From Cladosporium halotolerans (Eukaryota), in NCBI RefSeq assembly GCF_011745625.1, contig NW_027191468.1, positions 372,001 through 436,000 on the forward strand: a DNA stretch of 64,000 nt, written 5' to 3'. Below are positions 1 to 10,891 of this stretch, one piece after another. Position numbers and translations under genes: made by a program. The notes beneath the pieces are model-generated. The model saw only the letters and a program-made list of their open reading frames with translations. It made no database searches and was not told the origin of the DNA. Within the stretch, counting starts at the first letter, position 1, and each line of letters begins with the position of its first letter.

Positions 1-477
1 GCGCAAGGTGCGGTTGCAGATAATCGCACAGGAAGTTGCTCGTAAATCGCCCTTGACAGCCAGGGCATGCATTCAAACAACTGTCTTCCCCTCGGAGTAG
101 GAAACGCCCAAATCGCGGATCTGTTCCGTGGCCCTCGTGCGGCTCTGCGGTAGGGCGGGCTCCCCGCATGGCGCGCCTGCAGCTGTTTCCGTGACGTGAC
201 GTTGTCACAGTCGCCTTCGAGAGCTTCACTTCCGTTAACACTTTACGATCTCTTACGCTTTTCATTTGCAACACGCACCGGACGTCCACACACCCTCCCT
301 CATCTTTCGCCGTCCCATCGAGCCGTCATTTGGGGCATTCACAATCTTTCCGACGGACGTACTACACAAAGGTCTGTTGGTCACTGCGGTGAACTACAAC
401 TGCAGCGACTTTTGAAGCTCCCCAGCGATCGCCGCCCGCTTGGTATCTAGAACTACTACCCACGACACTTCGCGATC

Positions 478-2576
478 ATGATACTGCGTTTCCAAAGTCG
501 CAACGGACAGTTCCGCCTCACCGTCGAGCCCGATACCGATATTGCATCGATCCTACCGCAAGTCGTGGAGAAACTGCCAGCGGGCACTCAGCCATCCTCT
601 GTCACTATCAGCCCAAAGCCTCACGGCGCGGACTCTCGACCTATTGAGGCACTGAAGGGCGTGAGCTTTGGCAAGCTTGGTCTTACCCACGGAACCCAAG
701 TCTTCCTCGATTACAAGGAAGAGGCAGCCGCCACAAATGGACATTCCACTGGGGGTAGCAGATTGAATGGGAAGGAAGTGAGCAAGGAGGAGGATGTATC
801 GAGTATACCTATACCTACGGGAGCCAACGCAAAGCTCATCAAGAACCCTTGGGAAACGGTCAAGCAGTCCGCTCTTGACGACCGCTTAGATCAGCAAGAT
901 GGCAAGATACACCGGAAAAAGGACGAGAAGATGTGCAGACACGGGCCGAAGGGAATGTGCGACTACTGCATGCCCATCGAACCCTACAACAAGGAGTATC
1001 TGGATGAGAAGAAGATCAAGCATCTGTCATACCATGCATACCTGCGGAAACTGAACCAGGGAAAGAACAAGTACGATTCAGGAAGCTCTTACATGCCTCC
1101 TCTTTCCGAGCCCTACTACCGCGTCAACCCACAATGTCCTTCAGGCCACAAACCCTTCCCTCAAGGGATTTGCACCAAATGTCAGCCTTCTGCAATCACG
1201 CTACAGCCGCAAGAATACCGCATGGTCGACCACGTAGAGTTCGCGGACTTTCAGGTGGTAAACCGATTCATCGACTTCTGGCGACAGACCGGCTGTCAGC
1301 GCATCGGTTTCATGTACGGGCGTTACGAGCAGTATGATGAGGTCCCCCTTGGTACCAAGGCCGTCGTGGAAGCTATCTACGAGCCGCCCCAGATCAACGA
1401 GGTCGACGGCGTTACGCTGCGCGAGTGGGAGAATGAAGAAAAGATTGACGAGCTAGCCGCGCTTTGTGGTCTTCAGCGAGTCGGTGTCATCTTCAGCGAT
1501 CTCGTACCTCCTACTGAGCCGGATCAGACAGCGGTCTGCAAGCGCCACATCGACTCGTACTACCTTTCCTCCCTCGAGATCATCTTCGCCGCCCGCTACC
1601 AGGGAAAGTACCCTCGCCCTTCGAAATGGAGTGACACAGGCCGGTTTGGCTCAAATTTTGTTACCTGTGTGATTTCCGGTGACGATGAAGGTCAAATCGC
1701 GGTGTCTGCTTATCAGGCCAGCAACTCTGCCGTGGAGATGGTGCGCGCCGACATTATTGAGCCTTCAGCAGAGCCCTCTGTCATGCTCGTACAGGATGAG
1801 AACGAGGAGAACGAGCTTGGCCGCGTCCGGTACATCCCCGAAGTCTTCTACACGCGCATCAACGAGTACGGTGCACGAGTACAGGAAAACGCGAAGCCAT
1901 CCTTCCCCGTGGAGTACCTACTCATCACTCTTACCCACGGCTTCCCCCTTCAATCACAACCCCTGTTTGCAAAGAACAACTTCGCAGTCGAGAACCGTGA
2001 ACTCATCGGCGAATCGCAGGAGCCTAGAGAGCTTCAAAAGCAGCTGAAGGCTGGTTCCAACCGCGTCGCTCTGGATCAAGCCCAGGGAGTTGTTGCAGTC
2101 TCCGACTTCCATCTGCTTTCTTTCATCAGCAATCTCGACGTCTTAAGCAAAGTAAGTGACACTAGCCCCTGCTCTGAGAATGGTTACTGACCACCGCGTG
2201 CGCAACAACAGAACGAATTCTCCCTTCTCTGCCGCGTTGCAACAACGAAAGACGCCGCGCTCGGCGCGCAGCTCATGCACTCGCCAGGTTGGGCCACTCT
2301 CGAAACGATCCTGCAGATGTAGATGGGAACAAAGCTTCACGATCCAAGTCTTCTTCTCCGCATGCGCGCCTCCACCGCCCGGAGATGAGGGCCTTGTTCC
2401 CATCTGCCTCTACCCTCCTACCGTACCGGATTAACTAACATTTACTTTCTGATGCATTAGGGTGGATGTCGCTGCTTACTATCATAGACGCGCTGAAGGA
2501 GCGGCCGAGCAAGCGCAGCGCCGACTATGATGTCGCGAACGGGCTCGCGAAGAGGGTGCGTAATGTCAACTTGTGA
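478..2576 (+). CDS. NPL4: Nuclear protein localization protein 4 (Cdc48-Ufd1-Npl4 cofactor). Exon 478-2151, intron 2152-2211. Short form ends at TAG 2322 (594 aa); alternative form splices 2288-2460 and ends at TGA 2576 (621 aa)
   Basis: N-terminal UBL-like [10 protein letters not shown], zf-NPL4 motifs [12 protein letters not shown] and CPSGH...CTKC, MPN-like region ([26 protein letters not shown]). Intron GTAAGT...TACTGAC...CAG keeps the frame. Confidence 0.96.
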
Positions 2577-3519
2577 TAAACGCTGTTGGGTTGGAGCGGG
2601 AAGGAGGCTTCTTTTGATTCTGTCATGTTATCCATGTATCAATTATCCCATGGCATGGCATTATGAAACAGTAGTGAAATAGCTTGGGCTCGATGTTCGC
2701 ATTGGCCCGCAGAACTTCTTCCACCGAGCGTGACCCAAGCTCTTCACATGTGACTACCCTCTTGAGGCATCCTGCCCTAATAGCGCAAGAGGTACGCCAT
2801 ATCGCTAGTGAGAATGAACTCGTATCGGAAACTTCATCTTAGGGCAACGTTGCTCCTGCTCAAGGGCCGCGCCTTGGAACTGCATCGGTTGTCTTGTCCT
2901 GTCATGGCGCATATCTGAGTCGCTTTCTTCGCTGTTATAGCCGCTTTGATTGCACGACTCAAACGCCACCTCAGCATTGAGATACTCCCAGAAACATTTG
3001 ATCTAGATACAACACCGTTGACCCTATCACAACCACCTCGCGATCCAAGTGAGATCGGTTTCTAGGATCGCCCCCGGAGCGGGCCCCGCGGTCGTGCTAG
3101 GACGGATTGAGCTTGTGCTCGACTTGGCCCCTCGATCCTTCGGGTCGGCCGAAGGTATCCCGGCATGCCGATCGTCGCGACACCAGGGCGGGATGTTCCA
3201 TCAGGTAGGGTTCGCGTGGTCGATCCGGGCTGCCCTTGACGTACCGGGTGGGTTCTGAGGATGCGCGGTAGCCGCGGTCTGGAACTCGGGCTTGACGACG
3301 ACATGTCGTGTGGAGGATTTGATGGCGTTTACCTGTTCTGCGGAAACCCGTCGATTGGCGTTTTCCGGATTTTCTCCAGCGGTTATTCCCTAAAGACGTG
3401 GCGTGACACAAAATCAGTCTGGAACTAGCCTCAGGTCCCGGGTGATAAGGTCTTTCGTCCTCGATGCTTGAGCGGACAAGTACCTGCAGCTTCAGCGAAA
3501 ATCATTGGAGGCTGTCAAG

Positions 3520-5188
3520 ATGAACGGCCATGAGCTGCTATGGGTTCAGGTGGATGGGCACAAGAGGTCGAACTCGGCTACTGTGTCAACGGTTCGGTCA
3601 CAAGCGATGAAACACTTTCGACGCCGGCAAAGAGCGGAAGCTGTCATGGGTAAGAGCAGCTTTGGGAATATTGGATATAGAACTCGAGACACAGTACTGA
3701 CTGGGTACAGCCTATCGTAAGAGTATCAATGCCCAGTCGGAAGATAACATTCCGGACCGAACGTCCGACAAGACATCTAAAGAATTACCCATCCGAGAAC
3801 CCACAAAGCGATTGAAGTCCGAAGATCCAGAGAGTCCACCACGGCGACCACACAAACGGACCGCCTCGCTGGAGTCCTCGCCAAGTCTGCGCAATCCATC
3901 GATCAGCGCACTTCTTCCCAACGAGGAAGTCGAGGATGCAAGCCCCGGCAAGCGAATGCTCGCCTACATACAGAGCCAGCAGTCCCGCCAGTATCTCGAG
4001 CAAGCTGTGATAACCGCTGTGCGCAGTCCCATCTTCTTTCGTATGAAAGGCGCCGACAGCTGTATCCGAACGATATACCCCAAAAACGACTGGTACTCTC
4101 CTGCCATCGTTACCATGATGAGCAGCTGGATGATTCCTTGGACGACGCCAATGGGCTTGGGCAACGATGCCATAGGCTTGCTGAACATCGGGTGCACAAC
4201 CGGAGACGACCGATTGCTGCTCGAAGGGCGCAAAAGGCATCTCGCCACGGTATCAGCACTCAGGCAAGAACTACAAAAGCCCGATCTGGCTCCTGAAGGC
4301 ATTCTTGCAACGGCGCTCAATCTCCTATTCTGCGAAGTCTACCGTCCTGTCTCTTCCGTGGCAGACGGAGAAAATTGGACACGGCACCTTGCGGGTCTCG
4401 CCGGGATCATGCGAGGAGAGTATCGCGAGCAGCCCTCACCGCACTCGGCCTCCTGGCTATTCATGGTATACGGCCAAATGGACTTGATCCTAGCCCTCGT
4501 AGACCGCCGATTACCACTGTTCGGAGAGCAAGCCCTCAAGTCTCGCGGCAAAAACACGAAGCCAGGCAGTGTGGACGCTTTGCTCCAACTAACCGGCCGC
4601 CTTCCCGCTCTCCTGCATTCAACAGACGCCGTCCGCGTCACGCAGTCCAACGATAAGAACGCACTCGTATCGATCTGGCACGCCCTGCTCCATCTCGAAG
4701 AATCCCTCTTCTGCTGGCTCACGAAATTCAACCCGAGCAAAGAAATCCTGCGCGCCTGCGCCTCTCCCCATCCCCTCACTCCATCCGAACCCCTCCCCTT
4801 CAGCAGCTACCTCGAAGGCATGACCATGAATTTCTACTGGGTCGCGAGACTGCTCACGGCATCGTGTCTGCACGACCTCCAGCCCCTGCTTCCTCCCAAT
4901 CTCCGCCCGGAGCCCAGAACAGACTTCTCCGCAGAAGCGGATAGATTCGCAGCCTTGCTGTGCAGGAGCCTCGCGAGTCTGGAAGAGTACTGCGGGGGCT
5001 GCATCAGTCGGGGCCTGGCGGCGCGGGCGCCGCTGCATTTTGCGGAAAAGTGGTATGAGCTGTCGGGCCGCGGAGAGAGGCTGGAGTGGTGTAGGAAGGT
5101 TGAGAGGGAGCTGAAGGAGGAGATGGTGTGGGTGAATTGGGATGCGTTGTTGCCGTGGTCGTTCGCGGCGTTGCTTTGGTTGGCTTGA
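3520..5188 (+). CDS. Fungal-specific transcription-factor-domain protein (Fungal_trans_2/DUF3468-like) lacking a Zn2Cys6 cluster; exons 3520-3649 and 3711-5188 (535 aa)
   Basis: ATG 3520, then intron GTAAGA...TACTGAC...CAG (3650-3710) joins in frame to the 458-codon ORF. N-terminal VRSQAMKHFRRRQR motif and 'LATALNLLFCEV...WTRHLAGLAGIM' helices resemble fungal C6-TF C-terminal domains. Confidence 0.7.
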
Positions 5189-5620
5189 TTGGTGGTGGAG
5201 GGCGTTTGGAGAGGGACTTTGAGCCCAGAGCAGAGCTGTGATGATTTTGGCAGGGCTGTGTACAGTGTGTCGCTTAGAAGATTCAGGTTGGTGAGTCTTA
5301 TTGGTTGGCGAGACTTCTTGTCTGGCTTCAGTGTTCAAGATATGTACATGAATAGAGCCCTAGGAATAAAGCTGACTATTCACATCGCCGTGCAGTCAAA
5401 TTATTCAACGACCACCGAAAGAAATATAATCCATCCAACAACCAGAGAACGAGATAATAGTCTCTTCGCCTCCTGATAACCAAAATTCAAAAGTACCAAG
5501 AATGCACCCGAAAAAACACCGTGCAATGCGTAGGTGTTGTACAACGCGTCCCCATCATAATCCATGAATCAGAGAACGCCAGAAACGCCTGCCAAATTTC
5601 TGGAAGCATCAGGCCCCACT

Positions 5621-8600
5621 CTACTCAAATGACATCTCGACCTCTTTCTCCTTCCCGAAATCATCCTCTTCGTCAGCCCAAGGATTACTGCCAGACGCCG
5701 CCGCACCTGTCCCAGCACCGACGCCTGCACCTGCTGCAGCTGCGCCGTAAGAAGGCGCGGTGGTCGCTGAGCGGCCTAGACCTGGGTGATCGGCGGAGCC
5801 ATTCGAGGAACCCCAGTCATTGTCTTGGGATCGTTTGTCAGGCGAGTGTTCGAAAGACATGGTGACCTGCGAGTCGTCGTGCGATTCGGTTGTCCTTGGT
5901 GTGCCATAGCCTGGCGAATTGTAGCCGGTGGATGAGCCGGGCCTGGGAGATCCGTAGTCCAAGTGGCCCGAGCCGCCGTAGCTCTGCGTGTGCCGTAGGG
6001 GGCCTCTCGGAGAATCGCTGCCGGAAGCGGCTGCACCGGGCTCTTTGGGCAGGGCAGGCGAAGTGCCAGGGCTGGAGATCTTCATGGGCGGCAGTGTGCT
6101 CTGGATCTCGCGGACCTGCATGTGAGCCTTGATCTCCTCGATGTCGCTTGGGTTCTTCTTCGCCAGCTCGAGAGCCTCCTTGCGGATGGCTTCGACGTCG
6201 AACATGACGTTGCTGTTCTCGTGCACGATCTTCTCGGGGTCTTTGGAGGGGTCGATGCGCGTGCTCGACTCGTCGTACGTTTCCCAGTTTTTCTTCTGCG
6301 CCGCCTTCTTGCGCGAGAAGCGGGCGAGGAAGCCCTTCTTCTCCGGCTTCTCGTCCAGCTGCCGGCGAGCCTCTTCGATCTCGTTGATGAGCTCGCGCTG
6401 GCGTCGCTCGTGGTTGTCTGGGTCCGGATCTTCGATTTCGGCGAACTCGTCGGACTCCACTTCCCAACCGACTTTGCGAAGCAGGATAGGCATCTTGGCT
6501 CGGTATGCCATGTGACCGGGCACTTCGGCAGTGACGTTGAAGTTCTCGATCGTGGGTATCTGAACCTCGCTCAGGCCGGCGACGCGCATAACACCACCGC
6601 TCGTAGCGCGGAACAGGTAACCCAAGATCCAGTCGTTTGTCGCGTAGCCGTTGACGAATCTGCCCGAGACTACGCTGCGAGCCTTCAGCCATTCGTCTTG
6701 CTTGAAGACCATGGGCGAGCCGAAGATGTAGACATTCTGCACCAGGCCAAGGCCACCGCGGCGCGCGAGTTCCTTGAGGGCGGAGAAGATCACGCGTGCT
6801 CCGAGAGAGAATCCGATAAGCGTGATTGGCCGAACACCGAGATTACGGTCGATGATCGAGTCTGCTAGAATCAGTCCCGCAGCATCTGCGCGCGCGATGG
6901 AAACTGTCCAAGGATTGTCGATCAGGTATGAGAGCTTCGTGAGAATAAGTGGTAGGGACAGTCCAGCCATGAGAGTGGCCAAAAAGGTGGCACCCAGGAC
7001 CTGCTGAACGGTTTGTGTGAGTGCTTCGGTGCCCAAGATTGCCATCGTAGCACCAGTACTTTTCAGCATCTCGGGTTCCCAATGCACAGAGTAAATATCA
7101 CCCATGATTGGGTCCACTGTCGAGAACGGTAATCGAACATCGTCGACATTTCCGGTCATCCAGCCAGCTACCGTGACTGTGAGATTTACGCGCTTGTTGT
7201 TGTGCAGTGGGCGATACTCAAAAGTCTTCACAGCGCCAGTGCGGCGATCACTTGCTCTGACACCGACGGTGCCACCCGTAATGGCACCAGTCGTACCAAT
7301 GAGCGCAGCAGCGCCTGTACCAGCGAGGAAACTTGAAGTGCCCGCTACGCCGATGGAAGTGAAGCCTGCTGCGAGTCCAGCCCCAATAACGGGTGCCAGG
7401 AATCCAGCACTTAGACCGATGACCAAGCCACCACCAACGGTGCACAGGCCCATGACCATCAATCTCTTCTTGCGCATGGCCTTCTTGCGCGCTTCAAGAT
7501 GATCATCTTCATTCCACGTCTCCTTGTCAGCCTGCTCCTGCATCTCCAAGGCATCTGTGACACGCTTCTCGAAGCGACATATCTCTTGCCAAGGCACCGA
7601 CAGCGCGTCTCCGACGCGTTCCAAGAGCACGCGCGAGCGAGAGTCGTACGTGGCATCCGCGATGAGCAATAAGAACAAATCACAAAGTACAGTCCACCGG
7701 AGATCAAGGTCGATATTCTTATTATCGGCCAGCTTCTCCGAGTCCTCGAAATGCAGGTCATCAGCATTGTGCTGCTCGTAAGCGGGAGGCGGTGTTGACA
7801 TTCCTGAGGCGGGCGCGTCCTCATGGACAACGGGAGTTTCGAGCGAAGCAAGGTTGGTCGCGGACTTGCGATCCTCATTCACGCTCGACGGTCGAGGCGA
7901 TCCAATGGAAGGGCGAGCGGAAGAAACTGATGCCGCCTCAGACTGCGCTCCTGACTGAGGGTTCGTCTCCGCTTCTGGGTTCTTGACTCTTGCATTTTGC
8001 ATCAACGCTGGCGTGAGGTCTGCGGGTTTGAGACCGTGTTCGGCCAATTGTTCAACCATGACTTGCTCTTGAGTCGAGATCTCCATGTGGCTGTAAAGAC
8101 GTACCATCATCTTTTGAGACCACATCTTCGTCGCTTCGATGGCCACATCGATTATTTTCCTCGCGCCTTTCGTTCGTGGTAGAGATTCAAGATTCGCGAC
8201 CATTTGGAACATTGAAAGCCTGACCAACCCAACGTACGCTACTCTCTGTCCTTCGGTGAGGAGATCTTTCGTCGTCTGCATTTGTGAAATTAGGTCTCGT
8301 GCTTCGTCTTCTTCGTCCAGGGCATTACGGGCATATCCTTCCTTAAACAAATAGGCCGTATTGTCATCCATGCTTGTCGCCGACTGCGCATCTTCGTCCT
8401 CTTGTACTCGGGTATAGCCCTTCGCAGCACCTCCGAGCTGTCCATATGCCATTGATTCATCATCAACTTCGTCAAAGGCTTTCGCGGTAACCTTGCCCCA
8501 GTCGTCGTACTGCCGAAACGTCGCCAGAGAGGGCATCTCTTGCCACTCGAGCTCGTCCTTTTTCTCGTCTTCTTCTTCAGCATGCGGCGCCATTGCCTGA

Positions 8601-9067
8601 TGCGACCATTCCGATGCGCCGGTCGACTTCTTGTACGCATGACCGCGCGCCTTCTCGTCGCTCTTACGGGGACTTGAGGGCGGTCCCTCCTTGTCGGGGT
8701 GCGAAGAATCTGGTTTCGACGGGCCCTCCTTCATGTCTGTCGTAGCAACTGCAGCATCTGCTTTGAGCGCGTTGTCTTTCGTCTCGTCTGGCTTGGTCAC
8801 CGCATCTTTCCCATCTGCTGCCCCATCGCCCTCCTGCGCCTTTCCCTTCGGATCTTCTTTGACAGCAGCCTTGCCTCCATCTTCCACGCCACTCTCCTCA
8901 TTATTGTACACCCGTCGCCTGGCAGGCCTTATGGGCAACCCAAACTCGTCCGCCTCGGGAGGCTCGACCTTCTCCTGCACCACCTTCGCTTCCGTCGCGC
9001 CCTCGCTCTTCTCCACCTTGACTTCCTGCCCCGGCTCCTTCACAGCACCACCTCCATCCTCAGGCAT
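5621..9067 (-). CDS. MIL1: DUF726 / TMCO4-family membrane protein, putative lipase (yeast Mil1-like), 1148 aa, single exon
   Basis: DLRWTVLCDLFL, YDSRSR, Gly/Ala-rich hydrophobic segment, GFSLG nucleophile motif, VSGRFVNGYATNDWIL and GHMAYR are characteristic of DUF726. Confidence 0.88.
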   Translation of the reverse strand: MPEDGGGAVKEPGQEVKVEKSEGATEAKVVQEKVEPPEADEFGLPIRPARRRVYNNEESGVEDGGKAAVKEDPKGKAQEGDGAADGKDAVTKPDETKDNALKADAAVATTDMKEGPSKPDSSHPDKEGPPSSPRKSDEKARGHAYKKSTGASEWSHQAMAPHAEEEDEKKDELEWQEMPSLATFRQYDDWGKVTAKAFDEVDDESMAYGQLGGAAKGYTRVQEDEDAQSATSMDDNTAYLFKEGYARNALDEEDEARDLISQMQTTKDLLTEGQRVAYVGLVRLSMFQMVANLESLPRTKGARKIIDVAIEATKMWSQKMMVRLYSHMEISTQEQVMVEQLAEHGLKPADLTPALMQNARVKNPEAETNPQSGAQSEAASVSSARPSIGSPRPSSVNEDRKSATNLASLETPVVHEDAPASGMSTPPPAYEQHNADDLHFEDSEKLADNKNIDLDLRWTVLCDLFLLLIADATYDSRSRVLLERVGDALSVPWQEICRFEKRVTDALEMQEQADKETWNEDDHLEARKKAMRKKRLMVMGLCTVGGGLVIGLSAGFLAPVIGAGLAAGFTSIGVAGTSSFLAGTGAAALIGTTGAITGGTVGVRASDRRTGAVKTFEYRPLHNNKRVNLTVTVAGWMTGNVDDVRLPFSTVDPIMGDIYSVHWEPEMLKSTGATMAILGTEALTQTVQQVLGATFLATLMAGLSLPLILTKLSYLIDNPWTVSIARADAAGLILADSIIDRNLGVRPITLIGFSLGARVIFSALKELARRGGLGLVQNVYIFGSPMVFKQDEWLKARSVVSGRFVNGYATNDWILGYLFRATSGGVMRVAGLSEVQIPTIENFNVTAEVPGHMAYRAKMPILLRKVGWEVESDEFAEIEDPDPDNHERRQRELINEIEEARRQLDEKPEKKGFLARFSRKKAAQKKNWETYDESSTRIDPSKDPEKIVHENSNVMFDVEAIRKEALELAKKNPSDIEEIKAHMQVREIQSTLPPMKISSPGTSPALPKEPGAAASGSDSPRGPLRHTQSYGGSGHLDYGSPRPGSSTGYNSPGYGTPRTTESHDDSQVTMSFEHSPDKRSQDNDWGSSNGSADHPGLGRSATTAPSYGAAAAGAGVGAGTGAAASGSNPWADEEDDFGKEKEVEMSFE

Positions 9068-9710
9068 ATCTCAGCGTCGCGAAAGAAAGCTTTTCTCTTT
9101 CCGCCGCGTCAAAAGCAGACCAGGCCCAACAAACCACAACTCTCACAGCAGCATTGTCCGCTGCGCCCAGTCCCGCAGCGAACCTCCAAATCCCAGAAAA
9201 TCTGCTCAGCTGTAAGAGGATGCCTCGGCGAGGTAATGCTCGTCGCACCAATGCGTGGGGAATTTCTGAAACGTGTGGCGTCGTGGGTTCGCGACAAAGA
9301 AGCGTTCCTCTCTCTCCCTCACGTCGGCGGCGGCGGCGGCGTGTGTGGAGCCACAGCCAGAGAGCCGCTCGTCCCCCGCAAACGCTTGGTCCAGCACGGG
9401 CAGAAAGTCAACGGCCGCGCGCGAGCTGCCCTGCCCTTCGGCTTTGGGAAGCTTTGAAATTTATTATTGATTGTCGGTAGGGCTGGGCCTCCAATTCTTA
9501 GCCAATACCACCAACTTTTGCAATACTTTCATTTTCTCACTTCCTCCGCCCAATCCGCACTCAGAGGCAACTTACAGTCAAGCGCTTTACTTCGCCATAC
9601 ACAAGTGAGCGCCGGAGGGAGGAAAAAGAGAAAACGACGAAAGGGAACTTCAACACCGAGCAACGCTCTCCCTCACCTACCAACCACGACCAGCCCACAC
9701 ATAGCCCACC

Positions 9711-10658
9711 ATGCGCGGCAAACGCAGCAAGCAATACCGCAAGCTCATGCACGCCTACGCGCTGACCTTCCACTTCCGCGCACCCTACCAAGTCCTGCTC
9801 AGCAGCACCATCATCCGCGACGCCGCGCGCTTCAAAATGCAGCTCGGCTCCATGCTCTCCAACACCCTGCACGGCGAGATCAAGCCCATGATCACGCAGT
9901 GCTGCATCCGACACCTGTACAACGCCGTGCCCGAGCCGGGCCACGAGGCTGACAAAGAGCGCTGGATCGAGGTCGCGAAGAGCGCGGAGCGGAGGCGCTG
10001 CGGGCACCATGAGCTCGAGACGCCGCTGAGCGAGGAGGAGTGTATCAGGAGCGTGGTGGATGCGAAGGGCAGTGGCACGAATAAGCATCGGTATGTGGTT
10101 GCGACGCAGGAGAGGGAGGTGAGGGCTGCGATGCGGGAGGTCGCGGGCGTGCCGCTGATTTATATCAATCGGAGCGTTATGGTGCTGGAGCCGATGGCGG
10201 AGAGGAGCGCGGAGGTGAGGGAGGCGGAGGAGAAGGGGAAGGTGAGGGCGGGTTTGAAGGCAAGGAGGGGCGCGGAGGCGGGTGGTGTTAAGAGGAAGGC
10301 TGAGGAGGAGGAGGGTGAGGAGGGTGAGGATGAGGGTGCGCAGGAGGAGGCTGCGGCGCCGAAGAAGAAGAAAGCCAGAGGGCCGAAGGGGCCCAATCCG
10401 CTTAGTGTGAAGAAGCCTAAGAAGGAGAACCAGGAGAAGTCAGCAGGCAAGAAGGTGGAGGAGGAGAGGTCCGTCTTGCGTAAGGCGGCAAAGCAGGATC
10501 CCCAAGCTGCCGACAAGGCTGTCAAAGCTGAAGTGGCAGTGGGCGAGGGTGGTGCGTCGGCAGACGGAGCGAGCGGCAAGAGAAAGAGGAGAAGAAAGCC
10601 CAAAGAGAGCGGTGATGCTGCTTCGGCTTTGAAAGCAGAGGTTGGTGATGAAGAGTGA
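9711..10658 (+). CDS. UTP23: rRNA-processing protein Utp23 (PIN-like domain, SSU processome), 315 aa
   Basis: MRGKRSKQYRKLM, FRAPYQVL, KPMITQCCIRHLY, ERRRCGH, NKHRYVVATQ, GVPLIYI and KGPNPLSVKKPKK. Confidence 0.95.
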   Translation: MRGKRSKQYRKLMHAYALTFHFRAPYQVLLSSTIIRDAARFKMQLGSMLSNTLHGEIKPMITQCCIRHLYNAVPEPGHEADKERWIEVAKSAERRRCGHHELETPLSEEECIRSVVDAKGSGTNKHRYVVATQEREVRAAMREVAGVPLIYINRSVMVLEPMAERSAEVREAEEKGKVRAGLKARRGAEAGGVKRKAEEEEGEEGEDEGAQEEAAAPKKKKARGPKGPNPLSVKKPKKENQEKSAGKKVEEERSVLRKAAKQDPQAADKAVKAEVAVGEGGASADGASGKRKRRRKPKESGDAASALKAEVGDEE

Positions 10659-10891
10659 ACGATGACGTTTTTTTGCTGGGAGCTATACCCTGTTCTTATA
10701 ACAAGTTTTGTTGAGCGTAGCGTTTGTATTACCAAAGTAGAGACATTAGATTGACTATATTCCTATTCAGTGAACGATTGAGACTAAGAGCCACAAATCG
10801 CCAGCAACGCCTCGCCCTGGACCAAGATCATTGCATCATACTAGAAGAGAAGAAACAGAAGGCAGATGATCCACACATACTACACCACCTC

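Noticed and set aside
2975..3025. TGAGATACTCCC...TTGATCTAGATA resembles a TPP riboswitch core
   Set aside because: The P5 stem and the 3' GCG..GG strand cannot form, and no thiamine-related gene or host intron is adjacent.
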